Assembly (NCBI GenBank): GCA_027717645.1
Contig: JALLOG010000002.1
Coordinates: 1-63,706, forward strand
Length of the DNA stretch: 63,706 nt
Direction of reading: 5' to 3'
Source of the DNA: Desulfobacterota bacterium AH_259_B03_O07
GTDB lineage: Bacteria > Desulfobacterota_D > UBA1144 > Nemesobacterales > CSP1-2
A program made the translations under genes and the position numbers. Shown piece by piece: positions 30,743 to 41,417 of the stretch (its first letter is position 1; each line of letters starts with the position of its first letter). The notes beneath the pieces are model-generated. The model searched no databases, was not told the DNA's origin, and was given only the letters and a program-made list of their open reading frames with translations.

Positions 30743-32311
30743 ATGAACCATAAAGAGGAAATAACCCGTTCCGCAAGCCTTATAGGATCTCTCACGTTAT
30801 TAAGTCGGATAATGGGATTAGTAAGGGATATGGTGATAACGTATTTTTTTGGAGCAGGAGCCCAAACAGACGCATTCTATGTGGCATTTAGAATTCCTAA
30901 CCTTCTAAGGAGGCTTTTTGCCGAAGGCTCGTTAACTATTTCCTTCATCCCAGTCTTCACAGATTATCTAGAGAACAAAACTAAAGAGGAAGCAAAAAGG
31001 ATTTCAGATATAGTTTTCACGATTTTATTTATAGGTTTAATCCTGATTTCCATCGCAGGCATCATCTTTTCACCCTATATAATTAAACTCTTCGCCTCTG
31101 GATTTAAGGGTGAAACATTTAACCTCGCGGTCGAACTCAACCGAATAATGTTTCCTTACATATTCTTCATTTCCCTTACCGCACTCTCCATGGGGATCCT
31201 GAACTCCCTCAGGCATTTCTTCGCACCCGCCTTTTCACCCGTAATCCTTAACATCGTTATCGTAATGACCGTTTTCCTCATTCACAAAAGCCTCGACGTC
31301 CCAATTATATCGCTCGCAATAGGGTTGATCATAGGAGGGGCCATTCAGCTTTTATTCCAATTACCATTTCTAAAACAAAGGGATTTTCTTTTCACCTTTA
31401 GGAATAAAATCCGGCATCCGGCCGTAAAGAAGATAGGGGTATTGATGGTTCCACAACTCTTCGGCCTCGCCGTATATAATCTTAATATCATCGTTAACAC
31501 GCAGTATGCATCCTATATGCCCCAGGGCACAGTATCTTACCTTTACCTATCAGAAAGGCTTATAGAATTTCCCCTTGGAATAATAGCGGTGTCTATAGCA
31601 ACAGTATTACTTCCAAGTCTTTCATCCAATATAGCTAAAGGGGAGATAGACCTTTTCAAGGATAATTATTCTCATGCACTCAGACTAATGCTCTTCATCA
31701 TGATTCCAGCCCTCGTAGGACTCATTGTGTTAAGGGTCCCGATATGTAATATCCTTTACCAGCGGGGGGAATTCACCGAACTGTCAACTATATATACCTC
31801 CCAGGCACTATTTGGATATGCCTTAGGAATATGGGCAGTAGGAGGTATCAGGATCACGGCCCCTACGTTTTTCTCCATGCAGGATACAAAAACCCCTGTA
31901 ATAATCGCATTTATTGCGTTTATCATTAACGCTATCATAGGTTACTTGCTCGGATTTACATTTGGATTAAAACACACCGGACTAGCTCTTGCTAGCTCCA
32001 TTTCATCTATTCTCAACTTTGTCCTCCTCTTTATAATCCTCAACAAGCGTGTCGGGAAAATAGATCTAAATGACACCCTGATCCTCTGCATTAAAATAGC
32101 CATAGGATCGATATTAATGGGGGTAGTAGCATGGAAAATATCGACACTTGCTAGTTGGAGTGGAAGTGATACTTCAATTGAAAAAATTCTAATAATGTTT
32201 GCATCTGTTGTAGGATCGGCAGCAGTTTATCTTTTAATTTCAAAAATATTAAAGATAGAAGAACTTAATTCTCTTTCAAACCTATTAAAAAGAAAACGAA
32301 ACGCTGGTTAA
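30743..32311 (+). CDS. murJ: lipid II flippase MurJ
   Basis: MviN/MurJ N-terminus LTLLSRIMGLVRDMVITYFFGAG. Polytopic membrane protein. ORF opens at 30707, but ATG 30743 (MNHKEE) fits the family N-terminus. Confidence 0.9.
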   Translation: MNHKEEITRSASLIGSLTLLSRIMGLVRDMVITYFFGAGAQTDAFYVAFRIPNLLRRLFAEGSLTISFIPVFTDYLENKTKEEAKRISDIVFTILFIGLILISIAGIIFSPYIIKLFASGFKGETFNLAVELNRIMFPYIFFISLTALSMGILNSLRHFFAPAFSPVILNIVIVMTVFLIHKSLDVPIISLAIGLIIGGAIQLLFQLPFLKQRDFLFTFRNKIRHPAVKKIGVLMVPQLFGLAVYNLNIIVNTQYASYMPQGTVSYLYLSERLIEFPLGIIAVSIATVLLPSLSSNIAKGEIDLFKDNYSHALRLMLFIMIPALVGLIVLRVPICNILYQRGEFTELSTIYTSQALFGYALGIWAVGGIRITAPTFFSMQDTKTPVIIAFIAFIINAIIGYLLGFTFGLKHTGLALASSISSILNFVLLFIILNKRVGKIDLNDTLILCIKIAIGSILMGVVAWKISTLASWSGSDTSIEKILIMFASVVGSAAVYLLISKILKIEELNSLSNLLKRKRNAG

Positions 32312-32465
32312 CTATATAATAGCAAAAATATAAAGAACCTTTTAGAACAATCATTCTTTGAAGTGATAAGGCATGACGTTAGTTTCCCCCTCTATGTAGA
32401 AGTTGATGAAATCTACAACCTAGCTTGACTCACCTCGGATTTCTAAAGTAATATCAAGTGTGTAA

Positions 32466-32900
32466 ATGAGAATCCTTGTAATACATGGACCCAATTTAAA
32501 TCTCCTTGGAAAGCGAGAGCCTGAAATCTACGGTTCTACTACTATTGATGAAATCAATACTTTGTTAAAAAAAGAGGCTAAGACACTTGGAGCCGACGTT
32601 GAATTTTCACAATCAAATTCAGAAGGTGAAATAGTAAACACAATTCAGGAAGCAATGGGGAGCGTTGACGGAATAGTAATAAACCCTGCTGCATATACTC
32701 ATACAAGCGTTGCCATAAGGGATGCTATAGCTTCAACCGGTATACCAACTGTGGAGGTGCATATTTCAAACATATTCAAGCGCGAGGACTTCAGAAAAAA
32801 ATCATTTATTTCAGGAGTATCGATCGGAGTAGTTTCGGGACTGGGTATTGATAGCTATTTGCTAGGACTTAGAGGGATGGTAAGTTATTTAAAGAAATAA
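32466..32900 (+). CDS. aroQ: type II 3-dehydroquinate dehydratase
   Basis: [21 protein letters not shown], and HISNIFKRE near the C-terminus. Confidence 0.95.
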   Translation: MRILVIHGPNLNLLGKREPEIYGSTTIDEINTLLKKEAKTLGADVEFSQSNSEGEIVNTIQEAMGSVDGIVINPAAYTHTSVAIRDAIASTGIPTVEVHISNIFKREDFRKKSFISGVSIGVVSGLGIDSYLLGLRGMVSYLKK

Positions 32901-33167
32901 TCTTTTAGCCACGAATTAGGACGGATTAATGCGAACCAAAATGAACTATTTAAACACAATATAATGGCCTTTGAACTTCCGATAGTGTAAAAACGCCCGG
33001 ATAACACACCGTTGCTGCTAGGTCATTACTCGTTCTACAAATGAAAAAATATCGCCATTTAGTCATTTGAATTGATAGGAAAGCATTAGCTTTTCAAATC
33101 ATCTTTAAGTTTCTTTATTCGTGATAATTAGTTCAAATTCGTGGCTAATAGTGTGGGTTAATTTGTA

Positions 33168-34862
33168 ATGAAGAACAACTGGGTAATTGAAAAAGGGAAT
33201 CCTAAGCTGAGCGAAAAGATAAGCAAGAAGTTAGGCATTTCACCCGTAACTGCTCTGGTTCTAATAAACCGAGGAATCAAAAACGAAGTCGAAGCAGAGC
33301 AATTCCTGAAATGCAGCTTATTTGATCTTCCATCCCCTTATCTCATGAAAGACATGGAAAAAGCTGTCGATCGAATCAAAAATGCCCTCGTGAAAGAAGA
33401 AAAAATTGCGATCTTCGGAGACTATGATGTTGATGGTGTAACATCTACTGCTTTGCTATTCACATTTTTAAATAATCTTGGTATCAATGTTACTTATTAC
33501 AATCCGGACAGAATAAAAGAAGGATATGGCATCAATATTGAAGCCGTAAAAGGACTGAAGACTGAAGGAGCCTCGCTAATAATCTCCGTTGATTGCGGTA
33601 TAACAGCGTATGAGGAAGTTAAAGAAGCAAAAAATTTGGGCGTTGATTTCATAATCACTGACCACCACAAACCCCCCGAAATCCTTCCGGATGCTATAGC
33701 TATTTTGAACCCAAATCAAGACGGGTGCAATTATCCATCAAAGGAGATCACAGGTGTTGGTGTTATCTTTAATCTTGTAATCGCATTAAGAAGATCTCTA
33801 AGAGATTCCGGTTACTTTAAAAATAAAGAACCTAATCTAGCCGATTATCTTGATCTCGTGGCCTTGGGCACTGTCGCGGATTGTGCTTCGCTAAAAGACG
33901 TGAACCGTATATTCGTTAAACAGGGAATTAAAAGGTTATCAACTCCAAAGCGTCTGGGCATGCAAGCTTTAAAGGAAGCGAGCAGCATACCTGGTGATGT
34001 AAATGCATATGACATAGGTTTTAAACTTGGACCTAGAGTTAACGCTTCTGGCAGGCTCAACAGTGCCGGTATTGCTGTAGAACTCTTTATATCCGAAGAA
34101 ATGGAAAGAGCAAGAGAACTCGCCGAAAGACTGAATAACGAAAACTCGAAAAGGCAAAAGATGGAAGGTGACATCCTAAATGAAGCGGTATCTCATATCG
34201 AAACAAATCCTAATGTCTTAAATTCTAATTCCATAGTACTTTCATCTAGGGATTGGCATCAAGGCATTGTAGGAATAGTAGCTTCAAAGATAACTGAGAG
34301 ATATCAGAAACCTGCAGTTATTATATCTGTTCAAGAGAATGGCATTGGAAAAGGTTCTGCAAGGAGCGTCGAGGGTATAAATATCTATGACGTACTTTCC
34401 GAATGCACCGACCTTTTCGAAGAATTTGGAGGTCACGAACTAGCAGCAGGCATCACCATAAAACAGGAAAATATCGATGAATTCAGAATTAGATTGGATA
34501 AGATTATCAGTGAGTCTGATGTAAACTATTATTCGAAATTAAGAATCGATGGTTTCCTGGATTTATCTGATATCAATGAATCCTTGGTATCTGAGCTCAT
34601 TGATTTAGCTCCATTTGGAATTGGTAATCCGGAGCCTGTGTTTGTATCCAGGTCAGTAGACGTGGCTTCTCAGCGAATTTTAAAGGATAAACACCTAAGC
34701 CTTAATTTGAAACAGAAAAAACGAGTATTTAATGCCATTTTCTTCAATATTAACAATCAAGTTAAAGTTCCAAAACAAATTGATATTGTTTTCACTCCTG
34801 AATTTAACATATGGAATGGTAAAAAATCTATACAGCTAAGAATTAAAGACATAAATTGGTAA
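33168..34862 (+). CDS. recJ: single-stranded-DNA-specific exonuclease RecJ
   Basis: DHH motifs (DYDVDGVTS, DCGI, ITDHH) and DHHA1 motif GGHELAAG. Confidence 0.95.
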   Translation: MKNNWVIEKGNPKLSEKISKKLGISPVTALVLINRGIKNEVEAEQFLKCSLFDLPSPYLMKDMEKAVDRIKNALVKEEKIAIFGDYDVDGVTSTALLFTFLNNLGINVTYYNPDRIKEGYGINIEAVKGLKTEGASLIISVDCGITAYEEVKEAKNLGVDFIITDHHKPPEILPDAIAILNPNQDGCNYPSKEITGVGVIFNLVIALRRSLRDSGYFKNKEPNLADYLDLVALGTVADCASLKDVNRIFVKQGIKRLSTPKRLGMQALKEASSIPGDVNAYDIGFKLGPRVNASGRLNSAGIAVELFISEEMERARELAERLNNENSKRQKMEGDILNEAVSHIETNPNVLNSNSIVLSSRDWHQGIVGIVASKITERYQKPAVIISVQENGIGKGSARSVEGINIYDVLSECTDLFEEFGGHELAAGITIKQENIDEFRIRLDKIISESDVNYYSKLRIDGFLDLSDINESLVSELIDLAPFGIGNPEPVFVSRSVDVASQRILKDKHLSLNLKQKKRVFNAIFFNINNQVKVPKQIDIVFTPEFNIWNGKKSIQLRIKDINW

Positions 34863-35087
34863 TTGCTAATAATGAGTAGAAATTAGCTATTTATTTCATA
34901 TAATTTAGCCTAAATAGAATTTATATTAATTATGTATAAAAATTAGTTAATTCTTGTTAACATAATGGCTAATAGCATCTTTATATAATTCATAATGTTT
35001 TTTTACTCTTTGTTGTTTGGTTACTTGAAGTGTTTTATAACGGATGTAAATTTCAAATTTTAATGAAGAAAGGACCTAATTAAACGT

Positions 35088-35855
35088 ATGTACCCCACTC
35101 TTTTTAAAATAGGTAATCTTTCTGTTTCTTCTTATACGGTTATGTTGGTAATCGCCTTTCTTGTTGCATACATGCTCCTTATATCGGAGATCAGGAGAAA
35201 GGGGCTGAGCGAAAATCTATGTGACATCCTCCTTGCAGCGGCGATAATAGGTGGGCTGGTTGGAGCGAAGGTCCTTTTTCTTTTTCAAAACGCAACCCTA
35301 TCTGAATTCATGGGAGACCCTTTAAGATACCTTTCATCTGGATTTACATTCCTGGGAGGAATATTAGGTTACACTTTACTTTGGCTAATCATAGCCAAAT
35401 GGTACAAGATAAATTTCTGGTTACTAGGCGATTCAGTTGCTCCCGGCCTTATTCTGGCTTACGCTATTGGGCGTATTGGATGTCTTCTCGTTGGAGATGA
35501 TTACGGCATTCCATCCAACCTTCCGTGGGCAATTGCTTTTCCCAACGGGTCTCCTCCTACATTTGTCAGGGTTCACCCAACTCAAATCTATGATACTATT
35601 CTGATGTTTTTAGCCTTCATTTTCTTATGGAGTATCCGCAAAAAAGACATGCCGGTAGGCTTGATCACTTATATAACACTTATGATTCTTGGCGTTGAAA
35701 GATTATTAATTGAATTTATAAGGACAACTTCACCCAGCTTCATACCTGGACTATCCCAGGCACAGATTATTTCCATAGGAATAATAGTAGTAGCAGCATA
35801 CAAATTAATACAGCTCAATATTCGATCTAAAAAATCCCTGGAACTCCAACCTTAA
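35088..35855 (+). CDS. lgt: prolipoprotein diacylglyceryl transferase
   Basis: Polytopic membrane protein with the Lgt signature GRIGCLLVGDDYG. Confidence 0.92.
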   Translation: MYPTLFKIGNLSVSSYTVMLVIAFLVAYMLLISEIRRKGLSENLCDILLAAAIIGGLVGAKVLFLFQNATLSEFMGDPLRYLSSGFTFLGGILGYTLLWLIIAKWYKINFWLLGDSVAPGLILAYAIGRIGCLLVGDDYGIPSNLPWAIAFPNGSPPTFVRVHPTQIYDTILMFLAFIFLWSIRKKDMPVGLITYITLMILGVERLLIEFIRTTSPSFIPGLSQAQIISIGIIVVAAYKLIQLNIRSKKSLELQP

Positions 35856-35872
35856 AAAGGAAAAACATTCTA

Positions 35873-37195
35873 ATGCACATCATAATAATCGGGGCAGGAC
35901 AGATCGGTGATTTCCTAGCAAAAAACCTTTCAGCCGAACACGACATTGTAATAGTTGAGAACAATAGAGAAAGTGTAGAGAAAATAAAGGAAACTCACGA
36001 CGTATCAGTAATCCAGGGAGAAGGTGATAATCCAGCAGTTCTTAAGGAAGCTAATATTGACAACGCCGATGTATTACTTGCTGTTTCTGGAGACGACAGG
36101 GTAAATATAATGTCGTCTAGTCTGGCCAGTTCACTAGGAGTCTCAAAAATAATAATTCGTATTAGAGATACAAACTACTTAGAGTATCACTCTACATTGA
36201 AAGGATCAGATATACATGTCGTGAATCCATCAGAAATCATTTCAGAAAAAATAATAAGCCTTGTTAGTTCTCCCTTTGCCTGGAAAACCGAGACTCTGGG
36301 GGCCGGCAAAATAAAGTTATTTAAGCTTAAAATTGAGGATGATACGCCAATTTCTGGAAAGAAACTAAGTGATCTAGGGCCGGCAAAAGCTTGGATTTTC
36401 GTCGCAATTTCCAGAGATGGAGAGATCACTATACCTACAGGTGAAACGACGCTTAAATCCGGCGATTATATATTCGCTTTAGGGATACCTTCTGTAATGG
36501 ATAAGCTTAAAAAGCTTTTTGGTGTTAAGGATGAGTTCATCAAAAATGCAATAATCGTTGGAGGGGGAAGAGTTGGAAGGAAGGTCTCAAACTCGCTTAC
36601 GGAAAAAGGCATATCGGTAAAGCTGATAGAGAGTGATCCTGACCGCGCAAGATTAGCCGCAGAGGAACTACCGAAGGTTCGGGTTTTTAACGGGGACGCC
36701 AATGATGGTGAAACATTGAAAGAAGCCGGCGCGGAATCAGCCGATTATTTTGTAGCACTCACAGGTGATGACGAAAATAATGTATTAAGTGCGCTCTTGG
36801 CAAAAAACTTAGGCGCAAAAAAAACTACTGTTCTATATACAAAACCCGATTATATAGATGTCCTCGAGGCTATAGGAGTTGATAGAGCTATTAGTGTTAG
36901 GCTTTCGGTAGCAAATGAAATACTTAGCCTTCTCCACATAGGGGGGGTAGCACATGTGGCACTTGTAGAAGAGGGAAGAGCAGAGGTTTTAGAATTTGAT
37001 ATTACAGAAAAAATGGGAATCTTAGGTATTCCATTCAGGGATGCTAATTTCCCCGATGGTGCGATAGTAGGCATTGTTGTTAGAGATAATGAAGTTATCA
37101 TACCGAGGGGAGACTTTATTCCCAATGTTAATGACAGGCTTATAATATTTGCTCTTCCACAGGCAGTAAAAAAAGTAGAGAAGATGCTCTGCTAG
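35873..37195 (+). CDS. trkA: Trk potassium uptake system protein TrkA
   Basis: Two RCK/NAD-binding domains (IIIIGAGQIGDFLA, IIVGGGRVGRKV). Confidence 0.9.
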   Translation: MHIIIIGAGQIGDFLAKNLSAEHDIVIVENNRESVEKIKETHDVSVIQGEGDNPAVLKEANIDNADVLLAVSGDDRVNIMSSSLASSLGVSKIIIRIRDTNYLEYHSTLKGSDIHVVNPSEIISEKIISLVSSPFAWKTETLGAGKIKLFKLKIEDDTPISGKKLSDLGPAKAWIFVAISRDGEITIPTGETTLKSGDYIFALGIPSVMDKLKKLFGVKDEFIKNAIIVGGGRVGRKVSNSLTEKGISVKLIESDPDRARLAAEELPKVRVFNGDANDGETLKEAGAESADYFVALTGDDENNVLSALLAKNLGAKKTTVLYTKPDYIDVLEAIGVDRAISVRLSVANEILSLLHIGGVAHVALVEEGRAEVLEFDITEKMGILGIPFRDANFPDGAIVGIVVRDNEVIIPRGDFIPNVNDRLIIFALPQAVKKVEKMLC

Positions 37196-38649
37196 TGAAT
37201 ATCAAATTCTCATTTCACATACTTGGTAACTTTTTAAAATACTTGGGACCTATCATGTTAGTCCCTGTGATTTGCTCAATCATCTATAAGGAAGATGACC
37301 ATTGGGTATTTGTAGTATCTGCACTAATTACTTCATCAGTCGGCATAATAATTGAGGTTTTAACAAGATCAAAAGAAAACATTAACGGATTAGAGAGAAA
37401 AGACGGCTTTTTAGTAGCAAGCTTCTGCTGGATTGCCGCTAGTTTGTTCGGTTCGCTCCCCTATCTTCTTCTCGGAGTATTTAACAATCCCATTGATGCA
37501 ATTTTTGAATCGACAGCAGGATTTACTACAACCGGAGCAACTGTAACTTCAAACATTGAAATACTTCCACATGGAATTCTATTCTGGAGAAATTTAACCC
37601 AATGGCTAGGAGGCATGGGGATCATCGTTTTAGCAATTGCGATACTTCCTCGTCTAGCTGTTGGAGGGATGCAGCTAATGGCCCTCGAAACCCCAGGACC
37701 TACGAAAGAAAGGATAACTCCTAGAATTGTTGAAACTGCAAAAAGACTTTGGGGAGTCTATATTATCTTTACACTTATTTTAATCATATTGCTTTATTTT
37801 GCTGGAATGCCCATTTATGATTCTATTATTCACTCCTTTACAACCCTTTCAACCGGAGGTTTCTCATCAAAAGATTTAAGCATTGCTGCATATAACAATC
37901 CGATCATAGAGGTCATAATAATATTCTTTATGTTCATTGCAGGCACCAATTTTGTTCTTCATTACGGTCTCTTCAAAGGAGATTTTAAAAGCTTTTATAA
38001 TAACTCGGAGTTCAGATTTTATTTCTTTTTAAATATCTGTGCTGTTTTAATCATTTCTTTGGATCTATGGTTCAGAAATTACCATAGTTTTATTCAAGCC
38101 TTAAGGTATTCCTCCTTTCAAACAATTTCAATAAGCACGGGTACTGGATACACTACTACTAATTTTGATATCTGGCCTTCATTTTCCATGTGGTTTTTGT
38201 TCATCCTAATGTTCTTTGGAGGATGTGCTGGATCTACTACTGGAGCTATTAAAAACATACGCATAGTTGTGCTCTTTAAAAAGGGTTATAGAGAAATATA
38301 CAAATTAATCTACCGAAAGGCTGTTATACCAATAAGATTAGGTAAAGTCACTATAGCCGAAGACGCAGTTTCAAGTATAACGAGTTTCTTTTTGTTATAT
38401 ATTTTTATTTTCCTAGTAGGATCGCTACTAATTATGGGTTTTGAAAATTTAGATATCATGACCGCTATTTCTGCATCTGCTGCAACAATCGGAAATGTTG
38501 GTCCTGGCTTTGGGCAGGTAGGACCTCTTGAACATTATGGGAATCTATCGGTTTTTACTAAGGTTGTTCTTTGTATGTTGATGCTAATTGGAAGGCTTGA
38601 ACTATTTACAATCCTTGTATTGTTTACGCCCGCCTTTTGGAAAAATTGA
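37195..38649 (+). CDS. trkH: Trk-type potassium transporter membrane subunit TrkH
   Basis: Four selectivity-filter-like repeats (TTTGAT, LSTGGFS, TGTGYTT, IGNVGPG). The start overlaps the trkA stop. Confidence 0.9.
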   Translation: MNIKFSFHILGNFLKYLGPIMLVPVICSIIYKEDDHWVFVVSALITSSVGIIIEVLTRSKENINGLERKDGFLVASFCWIAASLFGSLPYLLLGVFNNPIDAIFESTAGFTTTGATVTSNIEILPHGILFWRNLTQWLGGMGIIVLAIAILPRLAVGGMQLMALETPGPTKERITPRIVETAKRLWGVYIIFTLILIILLYFAGMPIYDSIIHSFTTLSTGGFSSKDLSIAAYNNPIIEVIIIFFMFIAGTNFVLHYGLFKGDFKSFYNNSEFRFYFFLNICAVLIISLDLWFRNYHSFIQALRYSSFQTISISTGTGYTTTNFDIWPSFSMWFLFILMFFGGCAGSTTGAIKNIRIVVLFKKGYREIYKLIYRKAVIPIRLGKVTIAEDAVSSITSFFLLYIFIFLVGSLLIMGFENLDIMTAISASAATIGNVGPGFGQVGPLEHYGNLSVFTKVVLCMLMLIGRLELFTILVLFTPAFWKN

Positions 38650-38860
38650 TTCTAATTAGATTAGCGAAAATGTTGAAAACATCGAAGATTCACAGCTTCG
38701 ACTAGTTAAAAACTTATGGTAATATTCAGGCTATTTATTGAAATTTAAATCGATTTAAATAACAGATTCAAGGCTAATTATTTAATTTATTGATAGCACT
38801 ATAGACTAAAAAATATAATATTATTTATCACAAGGCAATATATTTTAAAAATTCATTAAT

Positions 38861-39781
38861 ATGAAAGTAATATTTGACCCGACAGAAAAGATTAGTGATC
38901 CCACCTGTGCAACGATTGGTATTTTTGATGGTGTCCACCTTGGGCATAAAAGTATTATTAATCAAATGCGGGAAGTGGCAAGAAAAAAGAAATTCGCTAC
39001 TTGCGTCATTACCTTTTTCCCCCATCCACAAACAGTCCTTCGTGGAATTGAAATGCCTCTAATAGTTCCCCTCAAAGAAAGATTTAGATTGTTGGAGAAA
39101 AAGGGAGTGGATCTCACAATATGTTTTAACTTCACAAGAGCCTTTTCAAAAATATCAGCAAAGGATTTTGTTAAAGACTATCTGGTTGAGAAACTCAATA
39201 TAAAAACTATATTCGTTGGACCAGACCTATTTTTTGGAAGAAATAGAGAAGGTGATATTGAACTTCTTGAAACAATGGGTAAATCTTTCGATTTTGAAAC
39301 TAAAACAATAGGTCCAGTTTATTTCGAAGAAGAATTGATAAGCAGCACAGCAATTAGAAAGTCCATTGAGAAAGGCAACGTAAAGAAAGCTGCTAATTTT
39401 CTGGGAGAGTGTTTTTCTATTGAAGGAAAAATCAAAGAAGGCGAAAGGAGAGGAAGAAAGCTTGGATTTCCAACGGCTAATTTAGACACGGACTGGGAAT
39501 TATTCCCTAAAAAGGGAGTATATGTTACTTGGGCCAACATTGAAGACAAGAGATTTAAGAGCATAACAAACGTAGGGGTACGTCCTACATTCGGCAAAAA
39601 CAAGCTTCTCATTGAAACTCATATACTTGACTTCAATGATGAGATATATGGAGATACCCTAAGGGTTTCGTTTATAGATAGGATCAGAGATGAAAAACGA
39701 TTCGAAAATGTTGATGTCCTTATGGGTCAAATTTCGAGCGATGTTAAGAAAGCTGAGAAGGTTTTCTCAGGACTAATTTAA
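38861..39781 (+). CDS. ribF: bifunctional riboflavin kinase/FAD synthetase
   Basis: GIFDGVHLGHKSII (FAD synthetase domain) and GERRGRKLGFPTANL (riboflavin kinase domain). Confidence 0.95.
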   Translation: MKVIFDPTEKISDPTCATIGIFDGVHLGHKSIINQMREVARKKKFATCVITFFPHPQTVLRGIEMPLIVPLKERFRLLEKKGVDLTICFNFTRAFSKISAKDFVKDYLVEKLNIKTIFVGPDLFFGRNREGDIELLETMGKSFDFETKTIGPVYFEEELISSTAIRKSIEKGNVKKAANFLGECFSIEGKIKEGERRGRKLGFPTANLDTDWELFPKKGVYVTWANIEDKRFKSITNVGVRPTFGKNKLLIETHILDFNDEIYGDTLRVSFIDRIRDEKRFENVDVLMGQISSDVKKAEKVFSGLI

Positions 39782-39880
39782 CAATTGTCGATAAAAGCGA
39801 ATTTAACTTATCACACCCATAAAAACCTATAAATCAAACCCTAAATTGTTTTCAATCAATTAACTTCCGGGGGCATATTT

Positions 39881-40729
39881 TTGAATATCAACGCAACCAC
39901 TAAGATCTATGGAATATTTGGTCACCCCGTAGGTCACAGTCTTTCTCCCTTGATGCACAACAGCGCATTCGAGAAGCTAAATCTCGACTGTGTTTATGTC
40001 GCCTTCGACATTGACCCAGAAGTTCTTGGATCTGCAACCAGTGCCATTAGAACCTTTGGAATTCGGGGAGTTAATGTAACGATTCCACACAAAGAAAAAA
40101 TAATTTCTTTCCTTGATGGCATTTCCCCGGAAGCAACTCTCACCGGAGCGATAAATACCATTGTAAATGATAATGGAAAGCTAACTGGATATAACACAGA
40201 TGTAGGTGGCTTCCTAAGAGCTATAAAAGATGATTTAGAAGTTAATCCAAAGGGATTAAGAGTTTTTCTTCTAGGAGCCGGTGGAGCAGCTCGAGCGGTG
40301 CTCACAGCTCTAAGTATGAAAGGAGCAAAAGAGATTTATATCATTAATAGAACCCTCGAAAAGGCCGTATCATTAGCCTCAGCATTTAAAAAACACTTCC
40401 CACAAATTCCTATATTTCCGTATTCACTTGATGATTCACAGGCAGTAGGAAAATCCATTAAATCTTCAGATCTTCTCGTTAATGCAACCTCATCAGGAAT
40501 GGAAGGAATAAATTCAATAAACTTAAAATTGGAACTTCTCCCAAAAAAATCAAAAATCTATGACTTGGTTTATAAACCACGTGAAACAGGCCTCGTTAAA
40601 AACGGAAAGACCCTTGGATTACGAGCTTCAGGTGGACTTAGCATGCTATTATATCAAGGAGCCGAGAGCTTCGAGTTATGGACAGGTGAAAATGCACCAA
40701 TCCATGTCATGAGACAAGCTATTGAGTAA
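39881..40729 (+). CDS. aroE: shikimate dehydrogenase
   Basis: YGIFGHPVGHSLSPLMHN and NADP-binding motif GAGGAARAV. TTG start. Confidence 0.93.
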   Translation: MNINATTKIYGIFGHPVGHSLSPLMHNSAFEKLNLDCVYVAFDIDPEVLGSATSAIRTFGIRGVNVTIPHKEKIISFLDGISPEATLTGAINTIVNDNGKLTGYNTDVGGFLRAIKDDLEVNPKGLRVFLLGAGGAARAVLTALSMKGAKEIYIINRTLEKAVSLASAFKKHFPQIPIFPYSLDDSQAVGKSIKSSDLLVNATSSGMEGINSINLKLELLPKKSKIYDLVYKPRETGLVKNGKTLGLRASGGLSMLLYQGAESFELWTGENAPIHVMRQAIE

Positions 40730-40954
40730 TCTCTATTTTAAACACCCCATAATACTTGTTTCCGGATTACTTATTAAATGACAACTGTCGTTATATTTTT
40801 AAATTCATTTCACTTTTCCCATGTAATCATGTAATAGAGTAACAATAAGTTTAAATCGTTAAAAGTGGCAATTACCCCGGAGTTATGAGATAATTACAAT
40901 ATTTAGGGGTTAACTCATTAAAATATTGTAGCCATTTAGGAGGAACAGTATCTC

Positions 40955-41200
40955 ATGAAGGTAACAAGCCCGGCAGGTGATTTTGAAATTAAGGTAAAAA
41001 CCTCCAGTGTTGAGGGGGATTTTGTAGTTTTAAAGGGGCAGATGGGGGTCTGGGACTCCAAGATCTATCTCAGCCCTGGGGATCTCTGGCTTTTTACCTC
41101 GATTTTTTTGCGTCTACCAGTTTTAATCTTTCTTCTAAAACTCCCATTCAAATACCTTTTTGGTCATGAAGCTAAAAGGAGCGAAGACGATGAAGATTAA
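40955..41200 (+). CDS. hypothetical protein (81 aa, C-terminal hydrophobic segment and acidic tail)
   Basis: GGAGG lies 8 nt upstream of ATG 40955. No motif recognised. Confidence 0.4.
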   Translation: MKVTSPAGDFEIKVKTSSVEGDFVVLKGQMGVWDSKIYLSPGDLWLFTSIFLRLPVLIFLLKLPFKYLFGHEAKRSEDDED

Positions 41201-41204
41201 GTTC

Positions 41205-41400
41205 CCTGACACGTAGAAAAGCCATCCCTTCGATTAACTCAGGGTTGGCGCGATGATATCGCGGCTGGAAGCCGCTCCTACGAAAGGGTTCGAATTGGTA
41301 TCGGCCCGTTTTGGAAACGGACCATACAATCATGACTACCGATAGCCGAGGTTTTCCAACCTCGGAACGATCACGGAAAAACCTCCCGAATGTTTCAAGC
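41205..41400. repeat. cluster of GC-rich hairpin repeats
   Basis: Consecutive stem-loops GCGATGATATCGC, GCGGCTGGAAGCCGC, CCGTTTTGGAAACGG and CCGAGGTTTTCCAACCTCGG. The last is shared with 52594-52611. Confidence 0.6.
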
Positions 41401-41417
41401 ACTCTGGAGTTACCGTT

